Positions 46,687 through 56,911 of a stretch of DNA of 64,000 bases are shown here, one piece after another; position 1 is the first letter of the stretch, and each line of letters starts with the position of its first letter. The notes beneath the pieces are model-generated. The model did no database searches. It saw nothing but the letters and a program-made list of their open reading frames with translations, and was not told the origin of the DNA. Origin of the DNA: Opitutus sp. GAS368 (lineage in GTDB: Bacteria > Verrucomicrobiota > Verrucomicrobiia > Opitutales > Opitutaceae); the NCBI GenBank assembly GCA_945874455.1, contig CAMCHO010000005.1, forward strand, positions 826 through 64,825. The letters are read 5' to 3'. Position numbers and translations under genes: made by a program.

Positions 46687-47727
46687 ATGAAACGGCTGAT
46701 CCTCACGGCCATCGCCTGCCTCCTCGGCTTGCCCGCTAGCCTCCTCGCGGCCAAGCCCCTCGTCATCGCTCATCGGGGCGCTTCTGGTTATTTGCCCGAG
46801 CATACCCTCGAATCCGCCGCTTACGCCCACGCGCTCGGCGCGGATTATATCGAGCAGGATGTTGTCATGTCCCGCGACGGTACGTTGGTCGTTCTCCACG
46901 ATATCCATTTGGAAACCACGACCGATGTGGCCGCGCGCTTCCCGGACCGTAAACGCCCCGACGGAAGCTTCTACGCTCTCGACTTCACGTGGGAAGAGTT
47001 GCGCTCTCTCCGCGTCAGCGAGCGCTTCGATCCGAAGACCGGCGCAGCGGTTTTCCCGCGCCGGTTTCCTGTCGTTGCGGGTGCATTCCGACTCTGCACA
47101 TTGGAGGAGCAGATCGCCCTGATCTCCGGGCTCAATCGCGCCACCGGCCTGACGACTGGCCTCTACGTCGAATTCAAGGACCCCGCCTTTCACAAAAAAG
47201 AGGGCCGCGATCTGGGTGCCGCGTTGCTCGAGGTTTTAGGCCGGCACGGCTACGACGATCCTGCGGACCGCATCTTCGTGCAGTGTTTCGATCCGCTCGC
47301 CCTCAAGCGGCTGCGAACCGAATTGCGGACGCGCCTGCCACTGGTCCAATTGCTTGGTGACAACGCGTGGGGAGAGTCTCCCGCCGACTACAACGCGATG
47401 CGCACGCCGGCCGGTCTCAAAGAAATCGCGACCTACGCCCAAGGCATCGGACCCCACCTTGGACAAATTGTATCCGGCCGCGCGGCCGACGGAAAACCGC
47501 AGCTCACGTCATTGGTTTCCGATGCGCATCGAGAGGGACTCTTAGTTCATCCCTACACGTTTCGCGCCGATACTTTACCGGCGGGTATTCCCGATATCGC
47601 TGGGTTGCTCGACCTCTTTTTGGTTCAAGCAGGCATAGACGGCTTCTTCATCGATCAGCCCGACGCTGGTGTGCGCGCGGTCACCGCGCTCCCGCTCAAA
47701 ACCGAGGGCAACCACCGCAAGCGTTGA
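46687..47727 (+). CDS. glpQ: Glycerophosphodiester phosphodiesterase (periplasmic GlpQ-like)
   Basis: I place the start at MKRLILTAIACLLGLPA (a signal peptide). The GDPD motifs VIAHRGASGYLPEHT and IEQDVVMSRDG are present. Confidence 0.8.
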   Translation: MKRLILTAIACLLGLPASLLAAKPLVIAHRGASGYLPEHTLESAAYAHALGADYIEQDVVMSRDGTLVVLHDIHLETTTDVAARFPDRKRPDGSFYALDFTWEELRSLRVSERFDPKTGAAVFPRRFPVVAGAFRLCTLEEQIALISGLNRATGLTTGLYVEFKDPAFHKKEGRDLGAALLEVLGRHGYDDPADRIFVQCFDPLALKRLRTELRTRLPLVQLLGDNAWGESPADYNAMRTPAGLKEIATYAQGIGPHLGQIVSGRAADGKPQLTSLVSDAHREGLLVHPYTFRADTLPAGIPDIAGLLDLFLVQAGIDGFFIDQPDAGVRAVTALPLKTEGNHRKR

Positions 47728-48064
47728 AAGCTGGGTGCGGAAATGGGGGGCAGTTGAGCGCTTGAAAATGGGCTCAGGTTGATAATTTTTCACCGCCGCC
47801 GCGCAGCGCACGCAGCCGACCTAAACGGCGAAGACGTGCAAGGCCTCGCGAAAAACCGCAAACGAGCCCGCTAGGGAAATCCGCATCCCAGTCTGATGGC
47901 TCGTCGCGACGAGTGCAAAGAATGCGTCCCTGCCGATCGGCGTTTTTTCCGGCCCGTCAGTCCGCGGGTCGAGGACGAGTGGCTGTCACCGGCAGCACTG
48001 GTTTTTTTGTCATAATGATTTTTTTCTTGGTGACGGTCGCAACGCCGTCGAGCACTGAACCCCT

Positions 48065-48889
48065 ATGCGTTCCGCCGTCACACTCTCGCTCGTTCCTCAG
48101 GCTAGGGGAGGTCCTTTTGTCTATTGGGACGGCATGGACGATGCGTGCGCGCAGGCCGCCGCTCTCGGATTTGATGCAGTGGAGATTTTCCCGCCGAACG
48201 CCGCCGCGCTCGATATCGCCGCCGTGCGCACCGTCGTGATGAAGCATCATCTTGCCGTTGCGGCTGTGGGCACCGGCGGCGGCTGGGTCGTTGAAAAACT
48301 CACGCTCACCCACCCGGATGTCGCCGTGCGGCAGCGCGCCCGGGACTTTATCCGTTCGATCATCGACGTCGCAGGGGCGCTCGGTGCCCCCGCCATTATC
48401 GGTTCGATGCAAGGCCGTTGGGATGCCGCCACCGGTGTCACCCGCGAGCAGGCGCTCGCGTGGCTCTCAGAGGCACTCGCGGATCTCGGCGCGCAGGCGT
48501 CGCCGCACGGCGTCCCGCTGCTCTACGAGCCGCTCAATCGTTACGAGACCAATCTTTTTAACCGCATCGGCGACACCGCTGCGTGGTTGCGGGCGCAGCG
48601 GCTTCCCAACGTCCGCGTGCTGGCTGATCTGTTCCACATGAATATCGAGGAGGCCGACTCTGCGGCGGCGTTGCGCGAGGCCGGCGACCTCGTGGGGCAC
48701 GTTCACTTTGCCGACTCCAATCGCCGCGCGATCGGCTTTGGCCAGACGAACGTCGCGCCGATCATCGCAGCGCTGCGCGCCATCGGCTACCAAGGCTATC
48801 TTTCAGCGGAGATATTACCTCTGCCCGACGCTCGCTCCGCAGCGGCTCAGACCATCCACGCCTTCAAGCAGGCCCTCGCGTCCCTCTGA
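48065..48889 (+). CDS. Sugar phosphate isomerase/epimerase (xylose-isomerase-like TIM barrel)
   Basis: It has the typical layout with YEPLNRYETN and HVHFADSNR metal-binding segments. Confidence 0.7.
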   Translation: MRSAVTLSLVPQARGGPFVYWDGMDDACAQAAALGFDAVEIFPPNAAALDIAAVRTVVMKHHLAVAAVGTGGGWVVEKLTLTHPDVAVRQRARDFIRSIIDVAGALGAPAIIGSMQGRWDAATGVTREQALAWLSEALADLGAQASPHGVPLLYEPLNRYETNLFNRIGDTAAWLRAQRLPNVRVLADLFHMNIEEADSAAALREAGDLVGHVHFADSNRRAIGFGQTNVAPIIAALRAIGYQGYLSAEILPLPDARSAAAQTIHAFKQALASL

Positions 48890-48896
48890 TATTCCC

Positions 48897-49361
48897 ATGC
48901 TCAAGACCACGCTCACGCACCCCGATATTCTGCGCGTCATTGCGCGGGCCGGCCATCATGCGAAAATCCTCATCGCTGACGGCAACTATCCCGCCTCCAC
49001 CAAGCGCGGCCCGCAGGCTGAACTCATCTCGCTGAACTTATCGCCCGGCGTCGTCACGGTCGCGCAGGTCCTGCGCGCACTCCTCAGTGCGGTCCCGGTC
49101 GATCGCGTCAACACCATGGGCATACCGCCCGACGATCCCTACGCGAAATTCGGCGAGCCGCCGGCTTGGGCCGAGTATCGGAGTATTTTGGACGAGACCG
49201 GTGCCCGGGCCGATGGCGGCGCACCGCTGGCGCTCGAACCGATTCTGAAATGGGATTTTTATAAGCAGGTCGAAAGTCCCGATCATGTTCTCACCGTCCA
49301 GACTGCCGACCGGGCGCTGTGGGCCAACGTGCTCCTCACCGTCGGCTGCCGGACTGACTAA
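48897..49361 (+). CDS. RbsD/FucU-family sugar mutarotase
   Basis: I place the start at MLKTTLTHPDILRVIARAGHHAKILIADGNYP, which is the characteristic FucU/RbsD N-terminus. The upstream part of ORF 48708 overlaps the preceding gene. Confidence 0.75.
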   Translation: MLKTTLTHPDILRVIARAGHHAKILIADGNYPASTKRGPQAELISLNLSPGVVTVAQVLRALLSAVPVDRVNTMGIPPDDPYAKFGEPPAWAEYRSILDETGARADGGAPLALEPILKWDFYKQVESPDHVLTVQTADRALWANVLLTVGCRTD

Positions 49362-49382
49362 GAAACTAATTCCTTTCCCCCC

Positions 49383-50315
49383 ATGCAAACCCGCCGTCTC
49401 GGTCAGACTGATCTCCACGTCCCTGTCCTCAGTTTTGGTGCCAGTTCACTCGGCGCGGAGTTTCGCAGCGTCACCCTCGACGAGGCGCTCGGCAGCGTGC
49501 GCGTCGCGCTCGAAAATGGGCTTTCGCTCATCGACACGTCGCCGTTCTACGGCCGCGGCATGAGCGAGGTCCTCCTCGGCATCGCGCTCAAAGGTGTGCC
49601 GCGCGACAGCTTCACACTCTGCACCAAGCTGGGGCGTTACGACCTCCCTCATTTCGACTTCTCTGCCAAACGCGTCGCCGAGAGCGTGGACGTTTCCCTG
49701 CATCGCCTCGGCACCGACCATCTCGACATCATCCTGTGTCACGACATCGAGTTCGTGCCGATGCAGCAAATCGTCGACGAGACGATCCCCGCGCTGCGCA
49801 AAATCCAAAAGGCCGGAAAAGCCCGCTACATCGGGTTCAGCGGTTACCCGATGAAAATTTTCAAGTTCATCCTTGAGCAGACGAGCGTCGACTGCGTGCT
49901 CAGCTATAACCAATACACGCTGCAAAACACGCGCTTCGCCGACGAGGCTGTGCCCTATCTGATTTCGAAAAATGTCGGGGTGATGTCCGCCGGACCGTTC
50001 AGTGCGCGCCTGCTCACGAACGCTCCCTTGCCGGTGTGGCTTAAGGAACCCGAAACCGTGAAGGCCGCCGCCCGCGCTGCCGCCGCGCATTGCGCGAGCC
50101 GCGGTTCGGACATTGCAAAACTCGCGCTCCAATTCTCCCTCGCGAATCCCAACATCGCCACGACCGTCGCCGGTAGCGCGAATCCGCACAACATTCGCAA
50201 TTGGGCCAAGTGGGCCTCCGAGCCGATCGACCACGAGCTCCTCGCCGAGGTGCAGGCCATTTTTGCTCCGGTGAAAAACCTCGGGCATAAAGAGGGCTTG
50301 CCGGAAAATAACTGA
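49383..50315 (+). CDS. Aldo/keto reductase (possible aldose 1-dehydrogenase)
   Basis: It shows AKR motifs: LIDTSPFYGRG, TKLGR, and HLDIILCHDIEF. Confidence 0.75.
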   Translation: MQTRRLGQTDLHVPVLSFGASSLGAEFRSVTLDEALGSVRVALENGLSLIDTSPFYGRGMSEVLLGIALKGVPRDSFTLCTKLGRYDLPHFDFSAKRVAESVDVSLHRLGTDHLDIILCHDIEFVPMQQIVDETIPALRKIQKAGKARYIGFSGYPMKIFKFILEQTSVDCVLSYNQYTLQNTRFADEAVPYLISKNVGVMSAGPFSARLLTNAPLPVWLKEPETVKAAARAAAAHCASRGSDIAKLALQFSLANPNIATTVAGSANPHNIRNWAKWASEPIDHELLAEVQAIFAPVKNLGHKEGLPENN

Positions 50316-50400
50316 TTTTGAAAACGCTCGTCGTCTGCACGTCGGCGTATCCTCATCGCGCCGCACCCCGGTCTCTCCCCGTCGCTCTCCAGATATTCCG

Positions 50401-51429
50401 ATGAAAGCCATTCTCCTCGAAAAACCGCTCACCCTCCGTCCACTCGATTTGCCCGAGCCCGCCGCACTCGCGCCCGGTGAGGCGCTCGTGCGTGTGCATC
50501 GCATCGGGATTTGCGGTTCCGATTACGGGGGGTATCTCGGCAAAATGCCGTTCTACTCCTATCCGCGCATTCCTGGGCACGAGCTCGGCGTCGAAGTGCT
50601 CGCGGTCGGTGAGGGTGTGACGAACGTCCGGCCCGGTGACCGCTGCTCGGTGGAGCCCTATATCAACTGCCAGCGTTGCTACTCTTGCCGACGCGGCCTC
50701 ACCAACTGCTGCGAACAGCACCAGACGCTCGGCGTGATGTGCGACGGCGGTATGTGCGAACGTGTTAACCTTCCTGCGCGCAAGCTCCACGTCTCAACGA
50801 AACTCAGCTACGAGCAGCTCGCTCTGGTCGAGACGCTGGGCATCGGTTGTCACGCCGTTGACCGCGCTGGCGTGAAGGCCGGGGAAAATGTGCTGATCAT
50901 CGGCGCGGGCCCCATCGGCCTCAGCGCGCTCGAGTTTGTTAAGGTCGCCGGTGCTACCGCCATTGTGATGGATGTGAACGCCGCGCGCCTCACGTTCTGC
51001 CGCGATCGCATGGGTGTCGCTCACACCATCGTCGCGCGCGGTGACGGCTCCGAACTCGCCGCGCTCAGCACGATCACGAACGGCCAACTCGCCGATGTCG
51101 TGATCGACGCCACCGGCAGCAACAAATCAATGAGCCACGCGCTGAACTATTGCGCTTTCGGCGCCCGCCTCATTTTCGTGGGCATCACCCAGCAGGAAAT
51201 CCAGTTTCCTCACGCACCGGCGCTCCACCGCCGCGAACTCACGATCATGGGCTCCCGCAACGCCCTCACGCGTGACTTCGCCCGCATCATTAGTCTGATC
51301 GAGGAGGGCACCATCGACACGGGGCCGTGGATTACCCATCGCGCAAGTTTTGACGATCTGATCGCCGAGTTTCCCACCTGGCTGAAACCCGAGACCGGCG
51401 TGATCAAGGCAATCGTGGCAGTGACGTAG
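50401..51429 (+). CDS. Zinc-dependent alcohol/polyol dehydrogenase (MDR family)
   Basis: It shows GICGSD, GHELG, the structural-zinc Cys cluster CQRCYSCRRGLTNCC, and the Rossmann motif IIGAGPIG. Confidence 0.8.
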   Translation: MKAILLEKPLTLRPLDLPEPAALAPGEALVRVHRIGICGSDYGGYLGKMPFYSYPRIPGHELGVEVLAVGEGVTNVRPGDRCSVEPYINCQRCYSCRRGLTNCCEQHQTLGVMCDGGMCERVNLPARKLHVSTKLSYEQLALVETLGIGCHAVDRAGVKAGENVLIIGAGPIGLSALEFVKVAGATAIVMDVNAARLTFCRDRMGVAHTIVARGDGSELAALSTITNGQLADVVIDATGSNKSMSHALNYCAFGARLIFVGITQQEIQFPHAPALHRRELTIMGSRNALTRDFARIISLIEEGTIDTGPWITHRASFDDLIAEFPTWLKPETGVIKAIVAVT

Positions 51430-51496
51430 TCGGGCCCGACTGCGCGCAGTTTTTCAGTGGCTCTGCCATGCTGATGAACTGGTCGTGCCGGGAAGG

Positions 51497-53038
51497 TTAG
51501 TAGAACACCGTGCGATCGAGGCTCCGATATTGAATCGCTTCAAGGAGGTGAGGAGCCTCGATCTTCTCGGTGGCGGCGAGATCCGCGATCGTGCGGGCAA
51601 CTTTCAGGATGCGATCGTAGGCGCGCGCGGAGAGGCTGAGTTGCTCCATCGCCTGCTGCAGTAAATCGCCGAGCGTGGAGTCGATCGCGCAATGTTTGCG
51701 GATGTGCGCGTTGGTCATGCGCGCGTTGGCGGTGACTTTCGTGCCGGAAAATCGCTGCTGCTGCCGTCCCCTTGCGGCTTGGACGCGGTCGCGCAGCGGG
51801 GCGGAGGGCTCGCCCAGTTTTTCGTTGCGCAACTCGGCGATCGATAAGGCCGGGGCTTCGATGTGAATGTCGATACGGTCGAGTAATGGTCCGCTGATAC
51901 GCGCGCGATAGCGCTGAATTTCACCGGGTGAGCAGCGACATTCGTGACGAGAGTCACCCAAGTATCCGCATTTGCAGGGATTCATCGCGGCGACGAGCAT
52001 GAATGCGCACGGCAGGGTAACCTTGCCGGCACTACGCGAGATGGTGACATCGCCGTCTTCGAGGGGTTGGCGGAGGACCTCGAGTGCAGACCGTTTGAAC
52101 TCGGGTAGTTCGTCGAGGAAGAGCACGCCGTGATGCGCGAGGGAAATTTCCCCGGGGCCCGGAATGGTACCCCCGCCGAGTAGTGCGACATCGGAAACCG
52201 TGTGGTGTGGCGAGCGAAAGGGACGTGCCCCCCACGTCATCTCTCCGCTGATCGTGCGGCCGGCCGCGGAGTGGATGCTGAGGATCTCGAGATGTTCATC
52301 GAGTGTGGGGGCGGGCATCACGGTGGGAATCCGTTTTGCGACCATGGACTTCCCGGAACCGGGCGGTCCGATCATTAGAATATTATGTGAACCCGCGACG
52401 GCGACCTCGACGGCGCGACGAAGAGCGTGCTGACCTTTGATCTCGGAAAAATCCGCCGCGCCATCCGCGGCGGTAGCGCTCGCGCGTCGGCGTGCGGCCT
52501 TGGGATCGAGTGGCGTCAGCGGTCGCTCTCCGCTCAGAAAGCGTACGGCGCTGTCCAAGGAAGCTACGGCGTAAACTTCCACACCCTCAACCAGTGCGGC
52601 TTCCTCGGCAGACAGGGCTGGAAGGAGCAAGCCGCGTTTGCCGAGTGACCGTGCGAGGCGGGCCATCGCGAGGGCTCCGCGCACCGGCCGCGTTGCGCCG
52701 GAAAGGCTGAGTTCGCCGGCGATGAGCCAGTCGGCGAGATTGGCGGATTTGAGCTGACCGGTCGCGGCGAGGATGCCGAGCGCGATGGGCAGGTCGTAGA
52801 ACGGGCCTTCTTTGCGCAGGTTGCCGGGGGCAAGGTTGATGGTCGTACGGGTGCGAGGCGGCTGGAACCCGCTGTTGTTGAGTGCGGTAAACACCCGGTC
52901 CGTCGATTCCTTCACTGCCGTGTCAGCGAGTCCCACGAGAAACCATTTGGGCTCGCCGGCTTCACCGGCGTTGACCTCGACGTGGACGAGTTCGGCGTCG
53001 ATACCTTGGAGGGCGGCGGAGGTTATCGTCGCGAGCAT
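51497..53038 (-). CDS. comM: YifB/ComM-family Mg-chelatase-like AAA+ ATPase
   Basis: A Lon-protease-like N-terminal domain ([13 protein letters not shown]) is followed by Walker A (GPPGSGKS) and [11 protein letters not shown]. Confidence 0.85.
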   Translation of the reverse strand: MLATITSAALQGIDAELVHVEVNAGEAGEPKWFLVGLADTAVKESTDRVFTALNNSGFQPPRTRTTINLAPGNLRKEGPFYDLPIALGILAATGQLKSANLADWLIAGELSLSGATRPVRGALAMARLARSLGKRGLLLPALSAEEAALVEGVEVYAVASLDSAVRFLSGERPLTPLDPKAARRRASATAADGAADFSEIKGQHALRRAVEVAVAGSHNILMIGPPGSGKSMVAKRIPTVMPAPTLDEHLEILSIHSAAGRTISGEMTWGARPFRSPHHTVSDVALLGGGTIPGPGEISLAHHGVLFLDELPEFKRSALEVLRQPLEDGDVTISRSAGKVTLPCAFMLVAAMNPCKCGYLGDSRHECRCSPGEIQRYRARISGPLLDRIDIHIEAPALSIAELRNEKLGEPSAPLRDRVQAARGRQQQRFSGTKVTANARMTNAHIRKHCAIDSTLGDLLQQAMEQLSLSARAYDRILKVARTIADLAATEKIEAPHLLEAIQYRSLDRTVFY

Positions 53039-53075
53039 GAGGCGCGACTTTTCTGCGGACTGGACGCGGCGCGAG

Positions 53076-53984
53076 TCACTTCTTCTTCAATTTAGGTGTC
53101 AACCTGACCGCGTTGCGCCGCTCAATTTCGGCGATGTTTTTCTCGACGGCTTCAAGATAGGCATTGGCTCCGTGGGGATAGGGCAGCGCCAGAAAGCGAT
53201 AGACGGCTTGGCAATCACTCTCAAGTTTCGGTTGCACAAATTTCCGCCAGAACAGGGGCGTGCGCAGGGCGACGTCGCTCTCAGACTTAAACGCCCGACG
53301 CGAGGGAGGCAGATGGATGAAGTCGTCCGATTCCTTGAATTCGTGGAAAAGGATGCTCATTTCATCAGGATAGTCGGCGGCCGCCATCTGACCGAGATAG
53401 TCGGCGGTGGCGAGGGCGCATCCGATGATCCGCTCGAAGGGTTCGCAGATTTTTTGGCGGCTGATATCCTTCTTCTGTCCGGTGCAGTTGATGGCGCCAA
53501 GCACGGCATCGACCTCATGGTCGTTGGCGCCTAGGGTGGGTAAATAGGATGCGACAAACGCACAGCTGCGCAGCACGTGACAGTACGTGTATTTCGCGCC
53601 AGTGCCGCCGGTGTCGGAGCGAAGTTTCAGGTAGCCAGTGTCGTGGAGGAGGACCGCCGAGATACCGAGTTCGAACTGGCGGGCAGTCAGGCGGGGCTGA
53701 ACTCCGGCGGCGTGTCGGCCGGCCAAAAGGAGCGTCATGCACACGGTCGCTTGGAGCGTATGCTCGAAGTCATGATAGCGCAGGTCGGCGGCGGCATAGT
53801 CGGGGTGCCGCCCGGAAAATAGCGTAACCATGTCCTGAAAAATTGTCTCTAGCCACGCCAAGCTGGCATCGGGATACAGTTCCGAAAATTTCTTTTCTAC
53901 GAACACGGCGACGTTCGGCGCGTTCTTTGTATCTACGTAAGGAAAAATCGTCGGCGCGGGAGAAGTTTTTTTAAGTCGTCCCAT
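53076..53984 (-). CDS. HD-domain protein (hypothetical phosphohydrolase)
   Basis: It shows YHDFEHTLQ ... LLHDTGYL, the H...HD signature. Confidence 0.55.
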   Translation of the reverse strand: MGRLKKTSPAPTIFPYVDTKNAPNVAVFVEKKFSELYPDASLAWLETIFQDMVTLFSGRHPDYAAADLRYHDFEHTLQATVCMTLLLAGRHAAGVQPRLTARQFELGISAVLLHDTGYLKLRSDTGGTGAKYTYCHVLRSCAFVASYLPTLGANDHEVDAVLGAINCTGQKKDISRQKICEPFERIIGCALATADYLGQMAAADYPDEMSILFHEFKESDDFIHLPPSRRAFKSESDVALRTPLFWRKFVQPKLESDCQAVYRFLALPYPHGANAYLEAVEKNIAEIERRNAVRLTPKLKKK

Positions 53985-53992
53985 AAAAAAGA

Positions 53993-54001
53993 GGGGGGGG
54001 G
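53993..54001. repeat. G9 homopolymer in the divergent HD-gene / coaE promoter region
   Basis: Read directly. It is a C9 run on the minus strand starting 9 nt upstream of the HD-gene ATG. Confidence 0.9.
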
Positions 54002-54086
54002 AGTCAGCTGCGGATACATGCCGATTAAGGATTTGCCGACTTGCTCAGCAAGCTCAAAGCTGGGTCATCTACTCTACAATCATCAT

Positions 54087-54671
54087 ATGATCGTCGGAAT
54101 CACGGGAGGTATCGGCTGTGGTAAGTCGAAAGTGGGGCGTTTGTTTGAGCAACGGGGATTTTCCCTCATCGACTCGGATGCGCTCGTGCGGGAGCGCGTG
54201 CTGCCCTGTGCCGGCGTCGTCGCAGCGGTGCGCAGCCGGTACGGGACCGGCGTGCTAGCAGACGATGGCACGATCGACCGGGCCAAATTGGGTGTACACG
54301 TTTTTTCGCATGACGAGGAGCGGCGGTGGTTGGAAGACCTGACGCATCCGCTGGTGTTTGCGATTTGGCGCGAAGCGTTTGCGGCTCGTCCGGCCCAGCA
54401 TTGGGTTGTGGAGGTTCCGCTGTTATTCGAGAAAGCTTTGGAGAATTGGTTTGATTTCACGGTATGCGTCGCCTGTTCTCCCGACCGACAACTCGCCCGA
54501 CTGGAGCAACGCGGTCTTCCGCGCGGGCTCGCCGGGCAGCGAATCTCCAAGCAGCTGCCGTTGGTGCAGAAGATCGAGCGGTCTGACTTCGTCTTATGGA
54601 ATGAGGGATCCCCCGATTTTCTGCAGGCCGAAGTCGATGCTCTGATCGAAGCCCTCACGTGTCAGTCTTGA
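54087..54671 (+). CDS. coaE: Dephospho-CoA kinase
   Basis: I place the start at MIVGITGGIGCGKS (P-loop). The length is right for CoaE, and it sits upstream of rho. Confidence 0.85.
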   Translation: MIVGITGGIGCGKSKVGRLFEQRGFSLIDSDALVRERVLPCAGVVAAVRSRYGTGVLADDGTIDRAKLGVHVFSHDEERRWLEDLTHPLVFAIWREAFAARPAQHWVVEVPLLFEKALENWFDFTVCVACSPDRQLARLEQRGLPRGLAGQRISKQLPLVQKIERSDFVLWNEGSPDFLQAEVDALIEALTCQS

Positions 54672-54733
54672 AACCTCCTCTTGTCCCGTGCGTCTGACGC
54701 ACGGGCTCCTCCCGTATTTCCACAGAATCCTCC

Positions 54734-56896
54734 ATGGCCCTCACTCCTAAATCTGACGATAGTTCGTCCGCCGCCGCCGCCGCCGGCGGCGAAAACAAAA
54801 AAACGCGCCGCCCGAGCGCTCCTCGCGCGCGCAAGCCGAAAGCCGAAAAGAGCCCGAAACCGGCGAGTGCCGAGAAAGCACCGAAGGCCGAACCCGCTGA
54901 GCGGGCTCCCCGAGCCGAAAAATCTGCGCGAGTGGAGAAACCGATCCGCCCCGAGCGGGCGGAACGCCAAGTAAAGAATGTCTCGTCAGCCCAAGCTTCG
55001 ACCCCCGAGTTCCGCTTCGAGGCTCCGGTTTCGGCGCCTGCTCCCATCCAGGCGCCTGCTCCCATCCAGGCACCTTTACCGGTAGCTCCGCGTGCTGAGC
55101 CCGCGCCCGCGCCAACGCCCGCGCCAACGCCCGCGCCAACATCAACGCCCACGCCGGCCTCTGAGCCGCAAGCTCGTGAAGGTGGCGGTGACCGGCGTTC
55201 AGACGGTGAAGCCCGCTCCGACGGTGTGACGCGGGAAGCATTTGTGCCCTCCGTGCAGACGGCCGCTCGCGACCAGTCCGCGCCTTCGAACCCAGGGGTG
55301 TCTGCTCCGAGCAGTGGTGCCGGCAACGGTGGCGGCCAGCCTCAGCAACAAGGCGCCGGGCGTGGGGAGTGGCAGGATCGTGGGGGAGGCGGACGTGATG
55401 CTTGGAAGCAAGGTAAGCGTAAACGTGGTCGCCACGGCAACGGTGGTGGTGGCTGGCAATCCGGTGGCGGCGGTGGCGGTGGCGGTCAAGCTCGCGAACC
55501 CTACCAACCGCATCCACCGCAGCCGGCGCCTCCGAGCACGACGCCCGTCTTCGGCGATCTGCCCAATCCTGCGCGCTTTAACGACCTCGCGGCCCTCGAC
55601 GCGCTCGCGCAACAGCTTGCCGTCGGCACTGGCGATACACTTTGGGTCAACGAACTCTACGCCTTGCCGCTCGGTGAGCTCACGGCGTTTGCGCGCCGAT
55701 TCGGCGTCGTGTTCGAAGGGGCCCCGAATCGTCGGCAACTGCTGACGCAGATTTTCACCACTGCCGGAGCCAACAACCGGGGTATCCGGGACCGTGGCTA
55801 TATCGACGTGACGGATCGCGGCGCGTTTGTCGTGCATGAGCACGTCAATTACCGGCTCTACCCAGACGACCCTTATTTGCCGGAAAGCTTGGTCAAGCGC
55901 TACGGTCTCAAGCGCGGCCACAAGCTCGAGGTCGTGTTGCAAGCTCCGCAACCCGGTGAGCGTTGCCCGTCGGTGGTGGGCATCAGTTCGGTCATGGGTC
56001 TTGAGCCGGATCAGATCGCCAACGTCATACCGTTCGAGGAGCTGGTCCCTTATTATCCGCTCAAGCGGATTTTGTTGGAGTCGGAGGAGATCCATCCGAA
56101 GGACGTCTCGATGCGCGCGGTGGATATCCTCACGCCGATTGGTTTCGGTCAGCGCGGGCTGATCGTCGCGCCTCCCCGCACCGGCAAAACTGTTTTGCTT
56201 CAAAATATCGCAAACTCGATTTCGGCCAATAGCCCGGAGGTCAAACTGATCCTGTTGCTGATCGACGAACGCCCGGAGGAGGTCACGGATTTCAAGCGCC
56301 ACACGAAGGGCGAGGTTGTCTCTTCAACCTTCGACGAAACGCCCGAGAGCCACATTCATTGCGCGGAGATGGTCATCGAGATTTGCCGGCGCCGCGTCGA
56401 ACAAGGTGAGCATGTCGTGATTCTCCTCGACTCCATCACCCGCCTCGCCCGGGCCTACAACGCGCTCAGCGGCAATGGTGGGAAAACGATGTCCGGCGGA
56501 CTCGAATCCAACGCCCTGCAGAAACCGAAACGCTTCTTTGGTTCGGCGCGTAACATCGAAGGTGGCGGGAGTCTCACGATCATCGCCAGCGCGCTGATCG
56601 ACACGGGCTCACGCATGGATGAAATCATCTTCGAGGAGTTCAAGGGCACGGGTAATAGTGAACTCCACTTAGACCGCGGCCTCGTGGAGCGTCGGATTTT
56701 CCCGGCGATCAACATCGACCGGTCAGGGACCCGCAAAGAGGAGCTCATCTACCACCCCGAGGAACTGCAGCGTATTTACGGACTGCGGCGTGCCATGCAG
56801 GGCCTTGGTCCGATCGAGTCGATGGAGATGTTGATCACTCGGCTGAAGAAGACGAAGTCCAACGCCGAGTTCCTCCTCAGCCTCGCTCGCCAATAA
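54734..56896 (+). CDS. rho: Transcription termination factor Rho with a roughly 300-aa low-complexity N-terminal extension
   Basis: The C-terminal ~420 aa form a canonical Rho, with a Rho-N/CSD region, Walker A (PPRTGKT) and [10 protein letters not shown]. The N-terminal 300 aa are Lys/Ala/Pro-rich, then Pro/Ala/Thr repeats, then Gly/Gln/Arg-rich. Confidence 0.95.
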   Translation: MALTPKSDDSSSAAAAAGGENKKTRRPSAPRARKPKAEKSPKPASAEKAPKAEPAERAPRAEKSARVEKPIRPERAERQVKNVSSAQASTPEFRFEAPVSAPAPIQAPAPIQAPLPVAPRAEPAPAPTPAPTPAPTSTPTPASEPQAREGGGDRRSDGEARSDGVTREAFVPSVQTAARDQSAPSNPGVSAPSSGAGNGGGQPQQQGAGRGEWQDRGGGGRDAWKQGKRKRGRHGNGGGGWQSGGGGGGGGQAREPYQPHPPQPAPPSTTPVFGDLPNPARFNDLAALDALAQQLAVGTGDTLWVNELYALPLGELTAFARRFGVVFEGAPNRRQLLTQIFTTAGANNRGIRDRGYIDVTDRGAFVVHEHVNYRLYPDDPYLPESLVKRYGLKRGHKLEVVLQAPQPGERCPSVVGISSVMGLEPDQIANVIPFEELVPYYPLKRILLESEEIHPKDVSMRAVDILTPIGFGQRGLIVAPPRTGKTVLLQNIANSISANSPEVKLILLLIDERPEEVTDFKRHTKGEVVSSTFDETPESHIHCAEMVIEICRRRVEQGEHVVILLDSITRLARAYNALSGNGGKTMSGGLESNALQKPKRFFGSARNIEGGGSLTIIASALIDTGSRMDEIIFEEFKGTGNSELHLDRGLVERRIFPAINIDRSGTRKEELIYHPEELQRIYGLRRAMQGLGPIESMEMLITRLKKTKSNAEFLLSLARQ
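55034..55069 (+). repeat. Exact 18-bp tandem duplication inside the rho N-terminal extension
   Basis: GCGCCTGCTCCCATCCAG occurs twice in tandem and encodes [12 protein letters not shown]. Nearby GCGCCAACGCCC-type 12-bp units encode the APTP repeats. Confidence 0.9.
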
Positions 56897-56911
56897 TCCT
56901 CCGCCCGCGCG

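Noticed and set aside
47985-48050. T-rich segment with GTCACC...GGTGAC ends upstream of the sugar isomerase gene, considered as an operator or terminator
   Set aside because: I could form no convincing stem by hand, and no regulator gene is adjacent. It is probably just the promoter-proximal AT/T-rich spacer.
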